Source: an uncultured Desulfuromonadales bacterium
Lineage (GTDB): Bacteria; Desulfobacterota; Desulfuromonadia; Desulfuromonadales; Trichloromonadaceae
Assembly (NCBI GenBank): GCA_945787465.1
Contig: CALZIZ010000002.1
Span: 7,908-71,907, forward strand
Length of the DNA stretch: 64,000 bases
Direction: 5' to 3'
In this document: positions 20,408 through 31,276 of the stretch, piece after piece
Layout of the letters: each line of letters starts with the position of its first letter
Numbering within the stretch: position 1 is the stretch's first letter
Made by a program: the position numbers and the translations under genes
The notes under the pieces: generated by a model
Database searches by the model: none
Told to the model about the DNA's origin: nothing
What the model saw: the letters and a program-made list of their open reading frames with translations, nothing else

Positions 20408-22258
20408 TCAGTCTCTTTCGCCAGGCAGCCGGCGCACCGCCCCATCGGAGGCGCTGGTGGTCATGGCAGCATAGGCCTGCAATGCCCTGCTGACGCTGCG
20501 CTGCCTGTTGGCAGGCTGCCAGGCCTTGCTGCCGGTAGCCTCAACGGCCTGCCGACGCCGGGCCAGCTCTTCTTCGGTGACTGCCATCTTGATCGCTCGC
20601 CCGGGAATGTCGATATCGATTCTGTCGCCATCACGGACCAGGGCGATAGGCCCCTGCTCCGCAGCCTCCGGCGAGGCGTGGCCGATGGAGAGTCCCGAGG
20701 TCCCGCCGGAGAAGCGCCCGTCGGTCACCAGAGCGCAGGCCTTGCCAAGCCCCTTGGATTTGAGGTAGCTGGTCGGATAGAGCATCTCCTGCATCCCCGG
20801 GCCACCCTTGGGGCCTTCATAACGGATGATGACCACATCGCCGGGCTGCACCCGCTCTCCCAGAATCCCCTCGATGGCATCTTCCTGGCTTTCGAAAATG
20901 CGGGCGGGCCCGGAGAATGTCCAGATCGACTCATCAACCCCGGCGGTCTTGACAATGCAGCCCTCGGGCGCCAGATTGCCATACAGCACCGCCAGGCCAC
21001 CGTCCTTGCTGTAGGCATGCTCGAGGTCGCGGATACAGCCTTGCGTCCGGTCCAGATCAAGTTCCTTCCACCGCGCCTGCTGGCTGAAGGGCTCTAGAGA
21101 CGGCAGGTTGCCCGGGGCAGCCTGGTAGCGCCGACGGACGGTTTCATCGCTGGTGGTGGCGAGATCCCAGCGGGCGATGGCGTCGCCCAGGGTCGCACTA
21201 TGCACCGTAGGAACCTGGCGTTGAATCAGCCCGCCCCGGTCGAGCTCGGCCAGAATGCCGAACACGCCACCTGCGCGATGCACATCTTCCATATGGTAGT
21301 GGGAGACCATCGGGGCGACCTTGCACAGGTTGGGAGTATCGAGGGAGAGACGATTAATGTCTTCCATGGAAAATTCGACCTGACCTTCCCGGGCTACGGC
21401 CAGCAGGTGCAGAACGGTATTGGTTGACCCGCCCATGGCGATATCGAGCCGCATGGCATTTTCAAAGGTTTGGGATGTCGCGATAGAGCGCGGCAGAACT
21501 GAAGCGTCATCCTGTTCGTAATACCTTCGGGTCAGGTCGACGATAAGCCGCCCTGCCTCCACGAAGAGTTCGCGCCTCTCGGCGTGGGTCGCCACCAAGC
21601 TGCCGTTGCCGGGCAGGCTCAAGCCCAGCGCCTCGGTCAGGCAGTTCATGGAGTTTGCAGTAAACATCCCCGAGCATGAACCGCATGTGGGACAGGAGCT
21701 GCGTTCGTACTCCTCAACGTCGGCATCGGCCATCTCGTCGGTAGCAGCGGCGACCATGGCATCGACCAGGTCGAGATGAAGCTCCTTACCGCCTATGCTT
21801 GCCTTGCCGGCCTCCATGGGGCCACCACTGACAAAGACAGCGGGGATATTCAGGCGCATTGCCGCCATGAGCATCCCCGGGGTAACCTTATCGCAATTGG
21901 AGATACACACCAACGCATCGGCACAATGGGCATTGGCCATATACTCGACGGTATCGGCGATCAACTCCCGCGACGGCAAGCTGTAAAGCATCCCGCCGTG
22001 GCCCATCGCAATCCCGTCGCAGATCGCCATGGTATTAAATTCTTTAGCGATTCCGCCTGCCTGTTCGATTTCGGCAGCAACCAGTTGGCCCAGATCCTTA
22101 AGATGGACGTGGCCGGGAACAAATTGGGTGAAGGAATTAACAACGGCGATCACAGGTTTGCCGAAATCTTCTTTCTTAACTCCGGTGGCCCGCCAGAGAG
22201 CGCGAGCCCCGGCCATTTTACGGCCGTGAGTGGTGGTGCGAGAACGGTATTCAGGCAT
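20408..22258 (-). CDS. ilvD: Dihydroxy-acid dehydratase
   Basis: 616 aa with N-terminal [20 protein letters not shown] and CDKVTPGM motifs. Confidence 0.96.
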   Translation of the reverse strand: MPEYRSRTTTHGRKMAGARALWRATGVKKEDFGKPVIAVVNSFTQFVPGHVHLKDLGQLVAAEIEQAGGIAKEFNTMAICDGIAMGHGGMLYSLPSRELIADTVEYMANAHCADALVCISNCDKVTPGMLMAAMRLNIPAVFVSGGPMEAGKASIGGKELHLDLVDAMVAAATDEMADADVEEYERSSCPTCGSCSGMFTANSMNCLTEALGLSLPGNGSLVATHAERRELFVEAGRLIVDLTRRYYEQDDASVLPRSIATSQTFENAMRLDIAMGGSTNTVLHLLAVAREGQVEFSMEDINRLSLDTPNLCKVAPMVSHYHMEDVHRAGGVFGILAELDRGGLIQRQVPTVHSATLGDAIARWDLATTSDETVRRRYQAAPGNLPSLEPFSQQARWKELDLDRTQGCIRDLEHAYSKDGGLAVLYGNLAPEGCIVKTAGVDESIWTFSGPARIFESQEDAIEGILGERVQPGDVVIIRYEGPKGGPGMQEMLYPTSYLKSKGLGKACALVTDGRFSGGTSGLSIGHASPEAAEQGPIALVRDGDRIDIDIPGRAIKMAVTEEELARRRQAVEATGSKAWQPANRQRSVSRALQAYAAMTTSASDGAVRRLPGERD

Positions 22259-22332
22259 GCGGATTCCTCATCCTTTGGCGTTGGTCATGTTCAGCGTCTT
22301 GAATATGTTAATCAAACTTTGAATTTTAACGT

Positions 22333-22370
22333 AAATTTAAAGGCTTGGCAAGACGTGAGCTTACCAAGCC
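22333..22370 (-). terminator. Rho-independent terminator after the DUF465 gene, upstream of ilvD
   Basis: Minus strand: GGCTTGGTAAG-CTCACGT-CTTGCCAAGCC (one G-U pair), then TTTAAATTT. Confidence 0.6.
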
Positions 22371-22505
22371 GAAGAATAGATGCCAGGGACAGCCAAGCGA
22401 GTATGGACCCGGCAAAGGTTTGTTCGGGACGGACAAACCGCCCCTGAGACAGGAAAGGGTTCGAACATACGTCCAAACCCTTTCTTCATTCAATTTCAGG
22501 AAGAA

Positions 22506-22727
22506 CTATTGGCGGTACTTGTTCAGGATTTCTTCCATCTCATCCTTGCCGGCCAATTTCAACTTTTGAATTTTTTTCCGTTCTGTCTCTTCATTGGTGG
22601 TCAGATAGGCCTTTTGATCCAAGTCCTGCAATTCCCTCTCGAGCAAATTGTGCTCCTCGTAGAGTAACCGGAACCGAGGGTTTTGGTCGAATAACTGCTG
22701 CATTAGCGTCTGATCATTCTCCTCCAT
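22506..22727 (-). CDS. DUF465 (YdcH-like) small coiled-coil protein
   Basis: 73 aa (LLYEEHNLLERELQDL...KKIQKLKLAGKDEM) with a GGAGG RBS. Confidence 0.8.
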   Translation of the reverse strand: MEENDQTLMQQLFDQNPRFRLLYEEHNLLERELQDLDQKAYLTTNEETERKKIQKLKLAGKDEMEEILNKYRQ

Positions 22728-22800
22728 CGAACACCTCCTGAGAAAGGGTTAAAAGGGAGCACCAAACATTATTTTAAAATATCCAATGGCTTCTGGCTTG

Positions 22801-23517
22801 TCAACCTTCAATCGAGGTCTCTGCCTGACGCCTGGTCCACATGATTTCCGCCTCCGAAAGACGAATATAGCGAGGCCTCAATTCGGCCGGGGTAAAGGTA
22901 CGCCCCTGGCGAAAATCATCCAGGGCCAGCGCAGCGGCACTCGAGGCTCGGGGCAGGTTGAGTGGCCAGGGCACAAAATGGGCCCGAGAACCCATCTGCC
23001 TGACGATCAGGGTCTGGTAGGCCACGGCACCTTCCCCGATAAAGACGGTTTCGGCCGGCAGAGATTCGAGCAATCGTTCAGGGGCGACTACGACCTCAGG
23101 CCCACAGGGCAAAGGTCGCCCGGCCTGCCAGTTGTAAAGCCCGGCATAGACCTCCTTTTTGCGGGCATCGAGCAGGGCGCAAACGGGGAACCTGCCAAAA
23201 GGTGCCTGCAGGGCAAGGGCCTGCAGCGAGGAGATTCCCACCATCGGTTTTCCGGTGGCCAGGGCCAAACCCTTACATGTCGCTACCCCGACGCGCAATC
23301 CGGTAAAGGCCCCGGGACCGATCACCACGGCAACACAGTCCAGGTCGGCCATGCTCAGCTGAGCATCCTGGAGCAACTGCTGAATGGTCAGCAGCAACCG
23401 ATCGGTGTGGGTCCCCTTGACGTTAACCAAAAGCTCACCGAGCAGCTGGCCGCCATCGCTAATGGCCACACTGCCTGCCTGGGTCGAGGTATCGACGGTA
23501 AGCAACACCTCGCCCAT
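22801..23517 (-). CDS. tsaB: tRNA t6A biosynthesis protein TsaB (YeaZ)
   Basis: 238 aa starting LLTVDTSTQAGSVAI. Its start overlaps the rseP stop (TAATG). Confidence 0.88.
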   Translation of the reverse strand: MGEVLLTVDTSTQAGSVAISDGGQLLGELLVNVKGTHTDRLLLTIQQLLQDAQLSMADLDCVAVVIGPGAFTGLRVGVATCKGLALATGKPMVGISSLQALALQAPFGRFPVCALLDARKKEVYAGLYNWQAGRPLPCGPEVVVAPERLLESLPAETVFIGEGAVAYQTLIVRQMGSRAHFVPWPLNLPRASSAAALALDDFRQGRTFTPAELRPRYIRLSEAEIMWTRRQAETSIEG

Positions 23518-24845
23518 TACTGCCCCCCGAACCAGAGCCGGGCGATATCGTTGTAAAAGGCCAGCCCCATCAGCAGCAGCAAGAGCACCAGGCCGATCTG
23601 TTGGGCAATTTCGCGAATCCGTACCGACAGAGGCCGACGAAAGATCAACTCACAAAGGTTAAAAAACAGATGCCCCCCGTCAAGAACCGGAATCGGCAGC
23701 AAGTTCAGAATCCCCAACTGGATGCTCAGGAAGGCCAGCACGGTAAGAATGGCCGCCAGATCCGTCTGGGCTGCCTGCCCGGCGATCTGCACCACGGTGA
23801 TCGGGCCACCGATATTCTTGGTCGAGACATGCCCGGAGAAGAGCTTCTGAATAAAGACCAGGGTCAGCTCTATAAGCTCGGTGGTTCGCCCGGCCCCAGC
23901 CTTAATCGCCGCGATAGGCCCGAAGCGCTTGAAAACCGTCTCCTGGTGAGGGGCGATGCCGATCAGAAAGTCCTCGCCATTGGTTTCCTCATGCACCGGC
24001 TTGATGGTCAATTCGAGAATTTCGCCGCCCCGCTCGATGACAAAAGGCTGGGGCGATCCGGAAAAGGACTGAATAACCCGCTTCAGGTCATACCAGGACT
24101 CAACCGGAACCCCGCCGATAGAGACGATGCGGTCGCCCACTTCGACCCCTGCGGCCACGGCGGGCATGCCAGGGGCCAGGCCTCCGACCAGCGGATCCAG
24201 GCGGGGAAGCAGCCCGATAGCCTGCAACTCGAGGTTGGATTCCTCGGGCGAAAGCTCTAGGGTAAGCCGCCGTCCCTGCCGATCGAGCTCAAGGACCACG
24301 GGATCACCGATATGGGCAATCAGGCTGCGACTGGCGTCCTCCCAGCTCGCCACCGAGTCGTCGTTCACGGCAAGAATACAGTCACCGGCCTGGATCCCCG
24401 AGTTCTGCCCCTGGGAGTCTGGAACAACATAACCGATGCAGGCGGGCTGATCGAGAAACGCCGGCAGGTTGACTCCGACCATATAGGCCACAGGCAACAC
24501 CAAAAAAGGCAGAATCAGGTTCATGATGGGCCCTGCAGCAACAATGGCGGTGCGCTTTCCCACCGGCTTGTTGGCAAAGGACCGCTCAAGCTCTTCAGGG
24601 GACAGGGGAGCCTTTTCGCCCTCTTCGCCGCTGCCCTCGCCAAGCATCTGCACATAACCGCCAAGGGGGATGGCGCAGATCATATACTCGGTTTCCCCCC
24701 AGTGCTTGGAGACCAGGCGCGGCCCGAACCCCAGGGAGAATTTGAGGACCTTGACTCCGGCCATTTTAGCAACACAAAAGTGGCCTAGCTCGTGAACAAA
24801 AACCAGGATGCCGAGCATGACAATGCCAGCAAGGATGGTGATCAT
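23517..24845 (-). CDS. rseP: RIP metalloprotease RseP (site-2 protease, two PDZ domains)
   Basis: 442 aa with the HELGHF zinc motif near the N-terminus and a polytopic C-terminus containing LNLLPIPVLDGG. Confidence 0.92.
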   Translation of the reverse strand: MITILAGIVMLGILVFVHELGHFCVAKMAGVKVLKFSLGFGPRLVSKHWGETEYMICAIPLGGYVQMLGEGSGEEGEKAPLSPEELERSFANKPVGKRTAIVAAGPIMNLILPFLVLPVAYMVGVNLPAFLDQPACIGYVVPDSQGQNSGIQAGDCILAVNDDSVASWEDASRSLIAHIGDPVVLELDRQGRRLTLELSPEESNLELQAIGLLPRLDPLVGGLAPGMPAVAAGVEVGDRIVSIGGVPVESWYDLKRVIQSFSGSPQPFVIERGGEILELTIKPVHEETNGEDFLIGIAPHQETVFKRFGPIAAIKAGAGRTTELIELTLVFIQKLFSGHVSTKNIGGPITVVQIAGQAAQTDLAAILTVLAFLSIQLGILNLLPIPVLDGGHLFFNLCELIFRRPLSVRIREIAQQIGLVLLLLLMGLAFYNDIARLWFGGQ

Positions 24846-24856
24846 TTAACCTCCGG

Positions 24857-26017
24857 TCAGGTTGCAGATTTGTGGATAAAGCGGCGGGCCGCGGAGCGGG
24901 CCCAGCGATCAGCACGCAAAACTCCCTCGATCTGCTCTAGGGGTTGCGGCTGGTGCTCATCAAGAGCCGCCCGGATGATGACCGGGATATCCAGAAACGA
25001 AACATCCCCCTCCAAAAAGGCCTCAACAGCGACTTCGTTGGCAGCGTTCAGCACAGCAGGAGCCGTCCCCCCGGCCTTCAGGGCCTCGTAAGCCAGACCA
25101 AGACAGGCGAACCGGCTCAGGTCGGGCTCCTCGAAGGTCAGCTGTCCGAGACTGCACAGATCGAGCGGCGGCAGGTTCAAGGGCACCCGCTCAGGGTAGG
25201 ACAGTGCATAAGCAATGGGGGCCCTCATGTCGGGGATTCCCATCTGGGCAATGATCGAACCGTCAACATATTCCACCATGGAGTGAACGATACTCTGGGG
25301 ATGGATGTGAACCGCTATGCGCTCGGCAGGAAGATCAAACAGCCATTTTGCCTCGATGACCTCAAGCCCTTTATTCATCATGGTTGCCGAATCGATGGAT
25401 ATTTTTCGTCCCATATCCCAGTTAGGATGAGCAAGAGCATCGGCGGGAGTTACGTTTTTAAGCTCTGCCAGGGCCCGGTTGCGAAATGGGCCTCCGGAGG
25501 CCGTCAAAATCAAGCGCCGTACATCGCCCTTGCGATGCCCTTCGAGAGCCTGAAAAATTGCCGAATGCTCGCTGTCGACAGGATAAAGTTCGACGCCCTT
25601 GCGCTCGACCGCTGCCATGACCAGGGGGCCTGCAGTGACCAGGGTCTCCTTGTTGGCCAGGGCGATGTCCTTGCCCGCCTCGATGGCGGCCATGGTCGGA
25701 ACCAGTCCGGCTGCACCGACAACGGCAGAAACGACCATGTCGACGTCGGGGAAACAGGCGCAGGCCATCAATCCCTCGACCCCGGAGAGGATTTCAGGAG
25801 CCGCGGCCCCAAGGCTCTGCTTGAGCTGCCGGGCGTCCTTGGAACAGAGAACCGCCACGGCCAGCGGCTGAAAACGGCGCACCTGCTCCTCGAGCAGGGC
25901 GAGGTTTCTGCCGGCAGTCAAGGTAATGACCCGAAACCGTTCCGGGTGTTCGGCAACGATGTCGAGGGTGCTCACGCCAATGGAACCGGTGGAGCCGAGA
26001 ATCGCAAGATTTTTCAT
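24857..26017 (-). CDS. dxr: 1-deoxy-D-xylulose 5-phosphate reductoisomerase
   Basis: 386 aa with [11 protein letters not shown] and [11 protein letters not shown] motifs. Confidence 0.96.
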   Translation of the reverse strand: MKNLAILGSTGSIGVSTLDIVAEHPERFRVITLTAGRNLALLEEQVRRFQPLAVAVLCSKDARQLKQSLGAAAPEILSGVEGLMACACFPDVDMVVSAVVGAAGLVPTMAAIEAGKDIALANKETLVTAGPLVMAAVERKGVELYPVDSEHSAIFQALEGHRKGDVRRLILTASGGPFRNRALAELKNVTPADALAHPNWDMGRKISIDSATMMNKGLEVIEAKWLFDLPAERIAVHIHPQSIVHSMVEYVDGSIIAQMGIPDMRAPIAYALSYPERVPLNLPPLDLCSLGQLTFEEPDLSRFACLGLAYEALKAGGTAPAVLNAANEVAVEAFLEGDVSFLDIPVIIRAALDEHQPQPLEQIEGVLRADRWARSAARRFIHKSAT

Positions 26018-26020
26018 ATT

Positions 26021-26842
26021 TTAACCGCAGAAACGCCAAACGGCGTAGTAGTAGGCAACCGGAAAGGTGAAGAGCAGACTGTCAAGGCGATCAAGAATCC
26101 CGCCATGCCCAGGAATCAGACTGCCGGAGTCCTTAACCCCGAAGCTGCGCTTGAGCATCGACTCAAAAAGGTCGCCTAACTGCCCGAGCCCTCCGAGGAA
26201 AAAACCAAGCAACAAACAGTCAAAGAGATTCAGTTCGGAGAAGAACCAGACCCGGGCCAGCAGAGCGCCGCCAAGGCTGCCCGCCAGCCCACCGAGGGCC
26301 CCTTCAATACTCTTGTTGGGACTGATAGCCGGATAGAGCTTGCGTTTGCCCAAGGAGACTCCGGTAAAATAGGCGGCAGTATCCGAAGCCATGACAACCA
26401 GCAAAACCAGAAAAATCCACTCCCTGCCAAAGGGCAAAGCTCGCAGCAAAACCAGGTGGCTGAGAAGAAAAGGTAAATAAAGGACCCCAAGCATCACCAG
26501 GCCCAGGTGGGCGATAACCGTTTGCAGATCCTGAAAACGAAACAAAAAGAACAGGGCAAACAGAATAGTCGTCGCAACAAGCAGGCCCTGGGAGAGAAGG
26601 GGCAGATTCATACTGAACAGAGGGACGAGAAGAACACCCCAGGCCAGGGTAAGGCGTTGTTCAGTCCGGCGTTCGCCAGGCAGGCTCATGCCGACATACT
26701 CATACAGGGCAACTCCTGCAACGGCCGTGATCAACAGGCCGAACAACCACAGGGGAGCAAACAGAATAAACAGAATCAGCAGAGGGAGAACGACGACTCC
26801 CGTAAGGATACGCTCTTTAATGGTGCTCCTCCTCATCCGCAA
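26021..26842 (-). CDS. cdsA: Phosphatidate cytidylyltransferase
   Basis: 273-aa polytopic protein with [28 protein letters not shown] signature. Confidence 0.93.
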   Translation of the reverse strand: MRMRRSTIKERILTGVVVLPLLILFILFAPLWLFGLLITAVAGVALYEYVGMSLPGERRTEQRLTLAWGVLLVPLFSMNLPLLSQGLLVATTILFALFFLFRFQDLQTVIAHLGLVMLGVLYLPFLLSHLVLLRALPFGREWIFLVLLVVMASDTAAYFTGVSLGKRKLYPAISPNKSIEGALGGLAGSLGGALLARVWFFSELNLFDCLLLGFFLGGLGQLGDLFESMLKRSFGVKDSGSLIPGHGGILDRLDSLLFTFPVAYYYAVWRFCG

Positions 26843-27563
26843 GCCCGCTGCCGGAGACCTGTGCCCCGGTCAAACCGAAACGCCGCTGCCGTCTGCCGAA
26901 TTCCTTGAGTGCCCGGTGGAGTTCTTCATTGTCAAAATCTGGCCACAGGGTTTCACAGAAATAAAGCTCGGCGTAGGCCAACTGCCATAGCAAAAAATTG
27001 CTGATCCGCATTTCCCCGCTGGTGCGAATCAACAGGTCTGGATCTGGCAGGTCGTGGGTATCAAGAAACTGATCAATATGCGCCTCGTCGATGTCCGAGG
27101 GACTAAGCGATCCAGCCTGGACATCCCCGGCAAGGCGCTGCACGCAACGCAACATCTCGTCCCGAGCACCATAGGACAGAGCCAAGGTCAGGACCATCCC
27201 GTCGTTCTGAGCAGTACTGTCAATGGTGTCTGTCAGGGTTCGTTGAACCTGGGGGGGCATCCGGGAAATTTCGCCGATCACCTTCAGGCGGATATTTTCT
27301 TCAACCAAGGTCGGCAATTCGTTGATCAGGTAAATCCCCAACAACTCCATCAGGGCATTGACCTCATCCCCGGGGCGGCGCCAGTTTTCGGAACTGAAGG
27401 CATACAGGGTCAGGTAGCCGATACCCAACTGGCGACATTCCTTAACGATGGCCTGAACGGTAGCAACGCCTTGCCGGTGCCCGGCGATCCGAGGCAGCTT
27501 GCGTTGCTCGGCCCAGCGGCCGTTACCATCCATTATTATAGCAAGATGTTGCGGTAAACGCAT
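26817..27563 (-). CDS. uppS: Di-trans,poly-cis-undecaprenyl-diphosphate synthase
   Basis: 248 aa with [13 protein letters not shown] and FSSENWRRP motifs. Confidence 0.96.
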   Translation of the reverse strand: MRLPQHLAIIMDGNGRWAEQRKLPRIAGHRQGVATVQAIVKECRQLGIGYLTLYAFSSENWRRPGDEVNALMELLGIYLINELPTLVEENIRLKVIGEISRMPPQVQRTLTDTIDSTAQNDGMVLTLALSYGARDEMLRCVQRLAGDVQAGSLSPSDIDEAHIDQFLDTHDLPDPDLLIRTSGEMRISNFLLWQLAYAELYFCETLWPDFDNEELHRALKEFGRRQRRFGLTGAQVSGSGLADEEEHH

Positions 27564-27663
27564 GAAAAACGCTCACATAGAAGAGGCCTAAGGTCTTTAA
27601 AACAGGGGGATCAGACTAGCATGAAATACGGGGATGGGCAAGAAGGGATCGCGGGGCGATTGG

Positions 27664-27694
27664 AATAAAAAGGGGCGCCGCAAACGGCGCCCCT
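27664..27694 (-). terminator. Rho-independent terminator after the ferredoxin gene
   Basis: Minus strand: AGGGGCGCCG-TTTG-CGGCGCCCCT, then TTTTATT. Confidence 0.7.
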
Positions 27695-27701
27695 GATTTT
27701 T

Positions 27702-27863
27702 TTAACCTTCTACGATGGCATTAACCGGGCAACTGTCGACACAGGCCTGGCAATCCGTGCAGGAATCGCTGATGGCGTAGGTATCGCCGGATTCGGCAAT
27801 AGCCTCTACCGGGCAGCTGTCAACGCAGGTTCCGCAGGAAATGCATTCGTCATTAATTTTCAT
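27702..27863 (-). CDS. 2x[4Fe-4S] ferredoxin (53 aa; absent from the ORF track because it is under 60 aa)
   Basis: Hand translation: MKINDECISCGTCVDSCPVEAIAESGDTYAISDSCTDCQACVDSCPVNAIVEG. Two CxxCxxCxxxCP motifs, GAGGAGG RBS upstream, terminator downstream. Confidence 0.8.
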   Translation of the reverse strand: MKINDECISCGTCVDSCPVEAIAESGDTYAISDSCTDCQACVDSCPVNAIVEG

Positions 27864-27902
27864 CATCGTACTCGTCCTCCTCTGGGTTGGTTGATGGGGG
27901 CG

Positions 27903-28460
27903 CTATACCTCCATCACTTCCTTTTCCTTGGCTGCAACCAGCTCATCGGTCTTCTTGACGTACTGATCGGTGAGGTCCTGAATCTCCTTCTCCCCACGCT
28001 TCAGCTCGTCTTCGGAAATTTCCTTTTCCTTTTCAAGCTTCTTCAGGCCCTCGTTGCCGTCACGGCGGCCGTTGCGGATGGCAATCTTGGCCTCTTCACC
28101 CATGCGCTTGGCCAGCTTGCACATTTCAACGCGCCGCTCTTCGGTCAGCGGTGGGATGGAAATCCGCACCAACTGCCCGTCCGAGTTGGGGTTAAGCCCC
28201 AGGTCTGACCTTAAAATAGCCTTTTCGATTTCGGGGATGAGGTTCTTCTCCCAGGGCTGAATGGTAATCAGCCGTGGTTCGGGAACCGCCAGAGTACCTA
28301 CCTGATTCAGCGGAGTCGGAGTTCCGTAATAGTCGATCCGAATCTCATCGAGCAGACTTGCCGAGGCACGCCCGGTGCGAACCTTGGTAAAGTCGCGCTT
28401 AAGGGCATCGATGGCTTTTTCCATCTTGGAGCGGGCACTGCTGATCACCTCGTCATACAT
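27903..28460 (-). CDS. frr: Ribosome recycling factor
   Basis: Start taken at [20 protein letters not shown] (ATG 28460) with AAGGAGAG RBS. 185 aa. Confidence 0.95.
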   Translation of the reverse strand: MYDEVISSARSKMEKAIDALKRDFTKVRTGRASASLLDEIRIDYYGTPTPLNQVGTLAVPEPRLITIQPWEKNLIPEIEKAILRSDLGLNPNSDGQLVRISIPPLTEERRVEMCKLAKRMGEEAKIAIRNGRRDGNEGLKKLEKEKEISEDELKRGEKEIQDLTDQYVKKTDELVAAKEKEVMEV

Positions 28461-28464
28461 GGAA

Positions 28465-29208
<744 letters not shown>

Positions 29209-30058
29209 TTACTTGCTCAGAGCTGCAACCTCAGCAGCAAAATCGTCCTCTTTTTTCTCCAGGCCTTCGCCGAGCTGGAAACGGACATAGCGGGTCAAGC
29301 TCACCTCTGCACCGATTTCCTTGCCGAGAGCCTCGACGATTTTGCCAACCTTCTGATCAGGGTCGATGACATAAGCCTGCTCAAGGAGGCACGCTGTCTT
29401 TGGCTTTGACCCGCATGATCTCTTTTTCTTTCTCGACAATCTCAGCAGGAACCTGTTCGCGGTTCAGGTACTGGGGGCTTGCAGCAGCAACATGCATGGC
29501 CAGCTGACGCCCCAGGGCGGCCACTCGCTCATCATCGCCCTTCAGGGTTGCCAGTTCGACCAGAACACCGATCTTACCACCGGCATGAATGTAAGACGTC
29601 ACTGCGCCGGCCTCAAGGTCGAAGCAGGTAAAACGGCGAATGTTGATGTTTTCGCCAATGGTGGCGATCTGATGGGTCTGCTCTTCGCCTACGGTGCGTC
29701 CGGTTCCAGGGAAATCGGCAGCCAACAGCGCATCGATGTCGGCAGGCTTGGCAGCGAGCACGGCCTGGGCAACGCCAGCAGAAAAGGCCTGAAAGGCCTC
29801 GTTCTTGGCCACAAAATCGGTCTCGGCATTTACCTCGACGACGACCCCCTGGCTACCCTCACCGGCAGCAACCACCATTCCTTCAGCGGCAACCCGACCA
29901 GCCTTTTTAGCGGCGGCGGAAAGCCCTTTCTTACGCAGAAAATCGACTGCGGCGTCCATGTTGCCGTCTGTTTCGCCCAGGGCCTTCTTGCAATCCATCA
30001 TACCGGCGCCGGTCTTGGCGCGCAGCTCAGAAACCATAGATGCGGTAATTTTTGCCAC
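29209..30058 (-). pseudogene. tsf: Elongation factor Ts, disrupted by an out-of-frame internal deletion as sequenced
   Basis: The 225-aa N-terminal ORF (29381-30058) ends ...[17 protein letters not shown]. The conserved C-terminal part ([17 protein letters not shown]...[24 protein letters not shown]) continues in another frame (29209-29439). The usually conserved ~22-aa SGKP..I.EK.V.GR..KF segment between them is missing. Confidence 0.6.
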
Positions 30059-30152
30059 GGTTACCTCCTCTATCTTCGTCGGGTCATTGCCCGAAATATA
30101 TTAGCGTTGTCTGTACAGCACCGGCAAGGGCAGCCCCGGAAGCCGGTCCTGG

Positions 30153-30179
30153 AAAAAGGCGGTCGTCACCACGACCGCC
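30153..30179 (-). terminator. Hairpin plus U-tract between rpsB and tsf (attenuator or terminator)
   Basis: Minus strand: GGCGGTCGT-GGTG-ACGACCGCC, then TTTTT. Confidence 0.55.
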
Positions 30180-30200
30180 TTCTCATATAAACCTTGGTAA

Positions 30201-31058
30201 TCAGCCCTCGGTCGGGGCCTTCTCGCCTGCAGCTTCGACAGGTGCAGCTTCGACAGGTGCAGCTTCGACAGGTGCAGCTTCGACAGGTGCAGCTTCGACA
30301 GGTGCAGCTTCGACAGGTGCAGCCTCGCCTTCGGCGATCTCAGCACCCTCGGACTCGGAGCGCAGCGATGCCTCACGGGCCTGCTGACCGTCGATGCAGG
30401 CGTCGGCAATCCGCGAGGTAAACAGGCGGATGGCGCGAATTGCATCGTCATTGCCGGGAATGATGTAATCGATATCATCGGGGTCGCAGTTGGTGTCGAC
30501 CACGGCCACGACGGGGATCCCAAGCTTGCGGGCTTCCTTGACGGCAATGGTCTCTTTCTTGGGGTCGACCACAAAGATCGCACCGGGCATCTTGTTCATC
30601 GACTTGATACCGCCGAGGCTCTTTTCAAGCTTGGCTCTTTCCCGCTCCAACTGAAGGGCTTCCTTTTTGGTGATCAGGTCATAGGTGCCATCTTCGGCCA
30701 TGACCTCGATCTTCTTGAGCCGATCGATGCTTCCCTTGATGGTGGAGAAGTTGGTCAGCATGCCGCCGAGCCAGCGGTCATTGACGTAAAACTGCTCTGC
30801 ACGCAGGGTCTCTTCGCGGATCGCGTCCTGCGCCTGCTTCTTGGTGCCGACGAAAAGAACCTTATCGCCGCTCTCGACGATATCCTTAACGAAGCTGTAG
30901 GCCGTCTTGAAATAACGAACGGTTTTTTGCAGGTCGATAATATAAATGCCATTGCGCGCCCCGAAAATGTAAGGCTTCATCTTGGGGTTCCAACGCTTGG
31001 TCTGGTGACCGAAATGAACACCGGCCTCCAACAACTGCTTCATGGTAATCTGGGCCAT
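30201..31058 (-). CDS. rpsB: 30S ribosomal protein S2 with a repetitive C-terminal extension (EAAPV)x6
   Basis: 285 aa starting [27 protein letters not shown]. The C-terminal tail is encoded by the 15-bp tandem repeat. Confidence 0.96.
   Translation of the reverse strand: MAQITMKQLLEAGVHFGHQTKRWNPKMKPYIFGARNGIYIIDLQKTVRYFKTAYSFVKDIVESGDKVLFVGTKKQAQDAIREETLRAEQFYVNDRWLGGMLTNFSTIKGSIDRLKKIEVMAEDGTYDLITKKEALQLERERAKLEKSLGGIKSMNKMPGAIFVVDPKKETIAVKEARKLGIPVVAVVDTNCDPDDIDYIIPGNDDAIRAIRLFTSRIADACIDGQQAREASLRSESEGAEIAEGEAAPVEAAPVEAAPVEAAPVEAAPVEAAPVEAAGEKAPTEG
30229..30333. repeat. 15-bp tandem repeat GCAGCTTCGACAGGT, 6 perfect copies plus 1 degenerate, in frame within rpsB
   Basis: Perfect copies start at 30229, 30244, 30259, 30274, 30289 and 30304. 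A degenerate copy spans 30319-30333. Confidence 0.95.
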
Positions 31059-31276
31059 TGCTTGATTCTCCTTTTTGCGTGCTTTGGTTAACTGCCTCCG
31101 CTTTTTTCCTCCTGCCGGAACCCCGCCTTTCTAAAGCGAGGAGCATCCGTGCAGATCCAAAAGCGTGCGTTTTTGGGACAACGCGGAGATATATCACGCA
31201 CCCCGGCTAATGGCAAGGGCAAAATACCCTGAAATCCGGTTTACAACCCGGGGCAACTATACTAATATCCGCAGTC

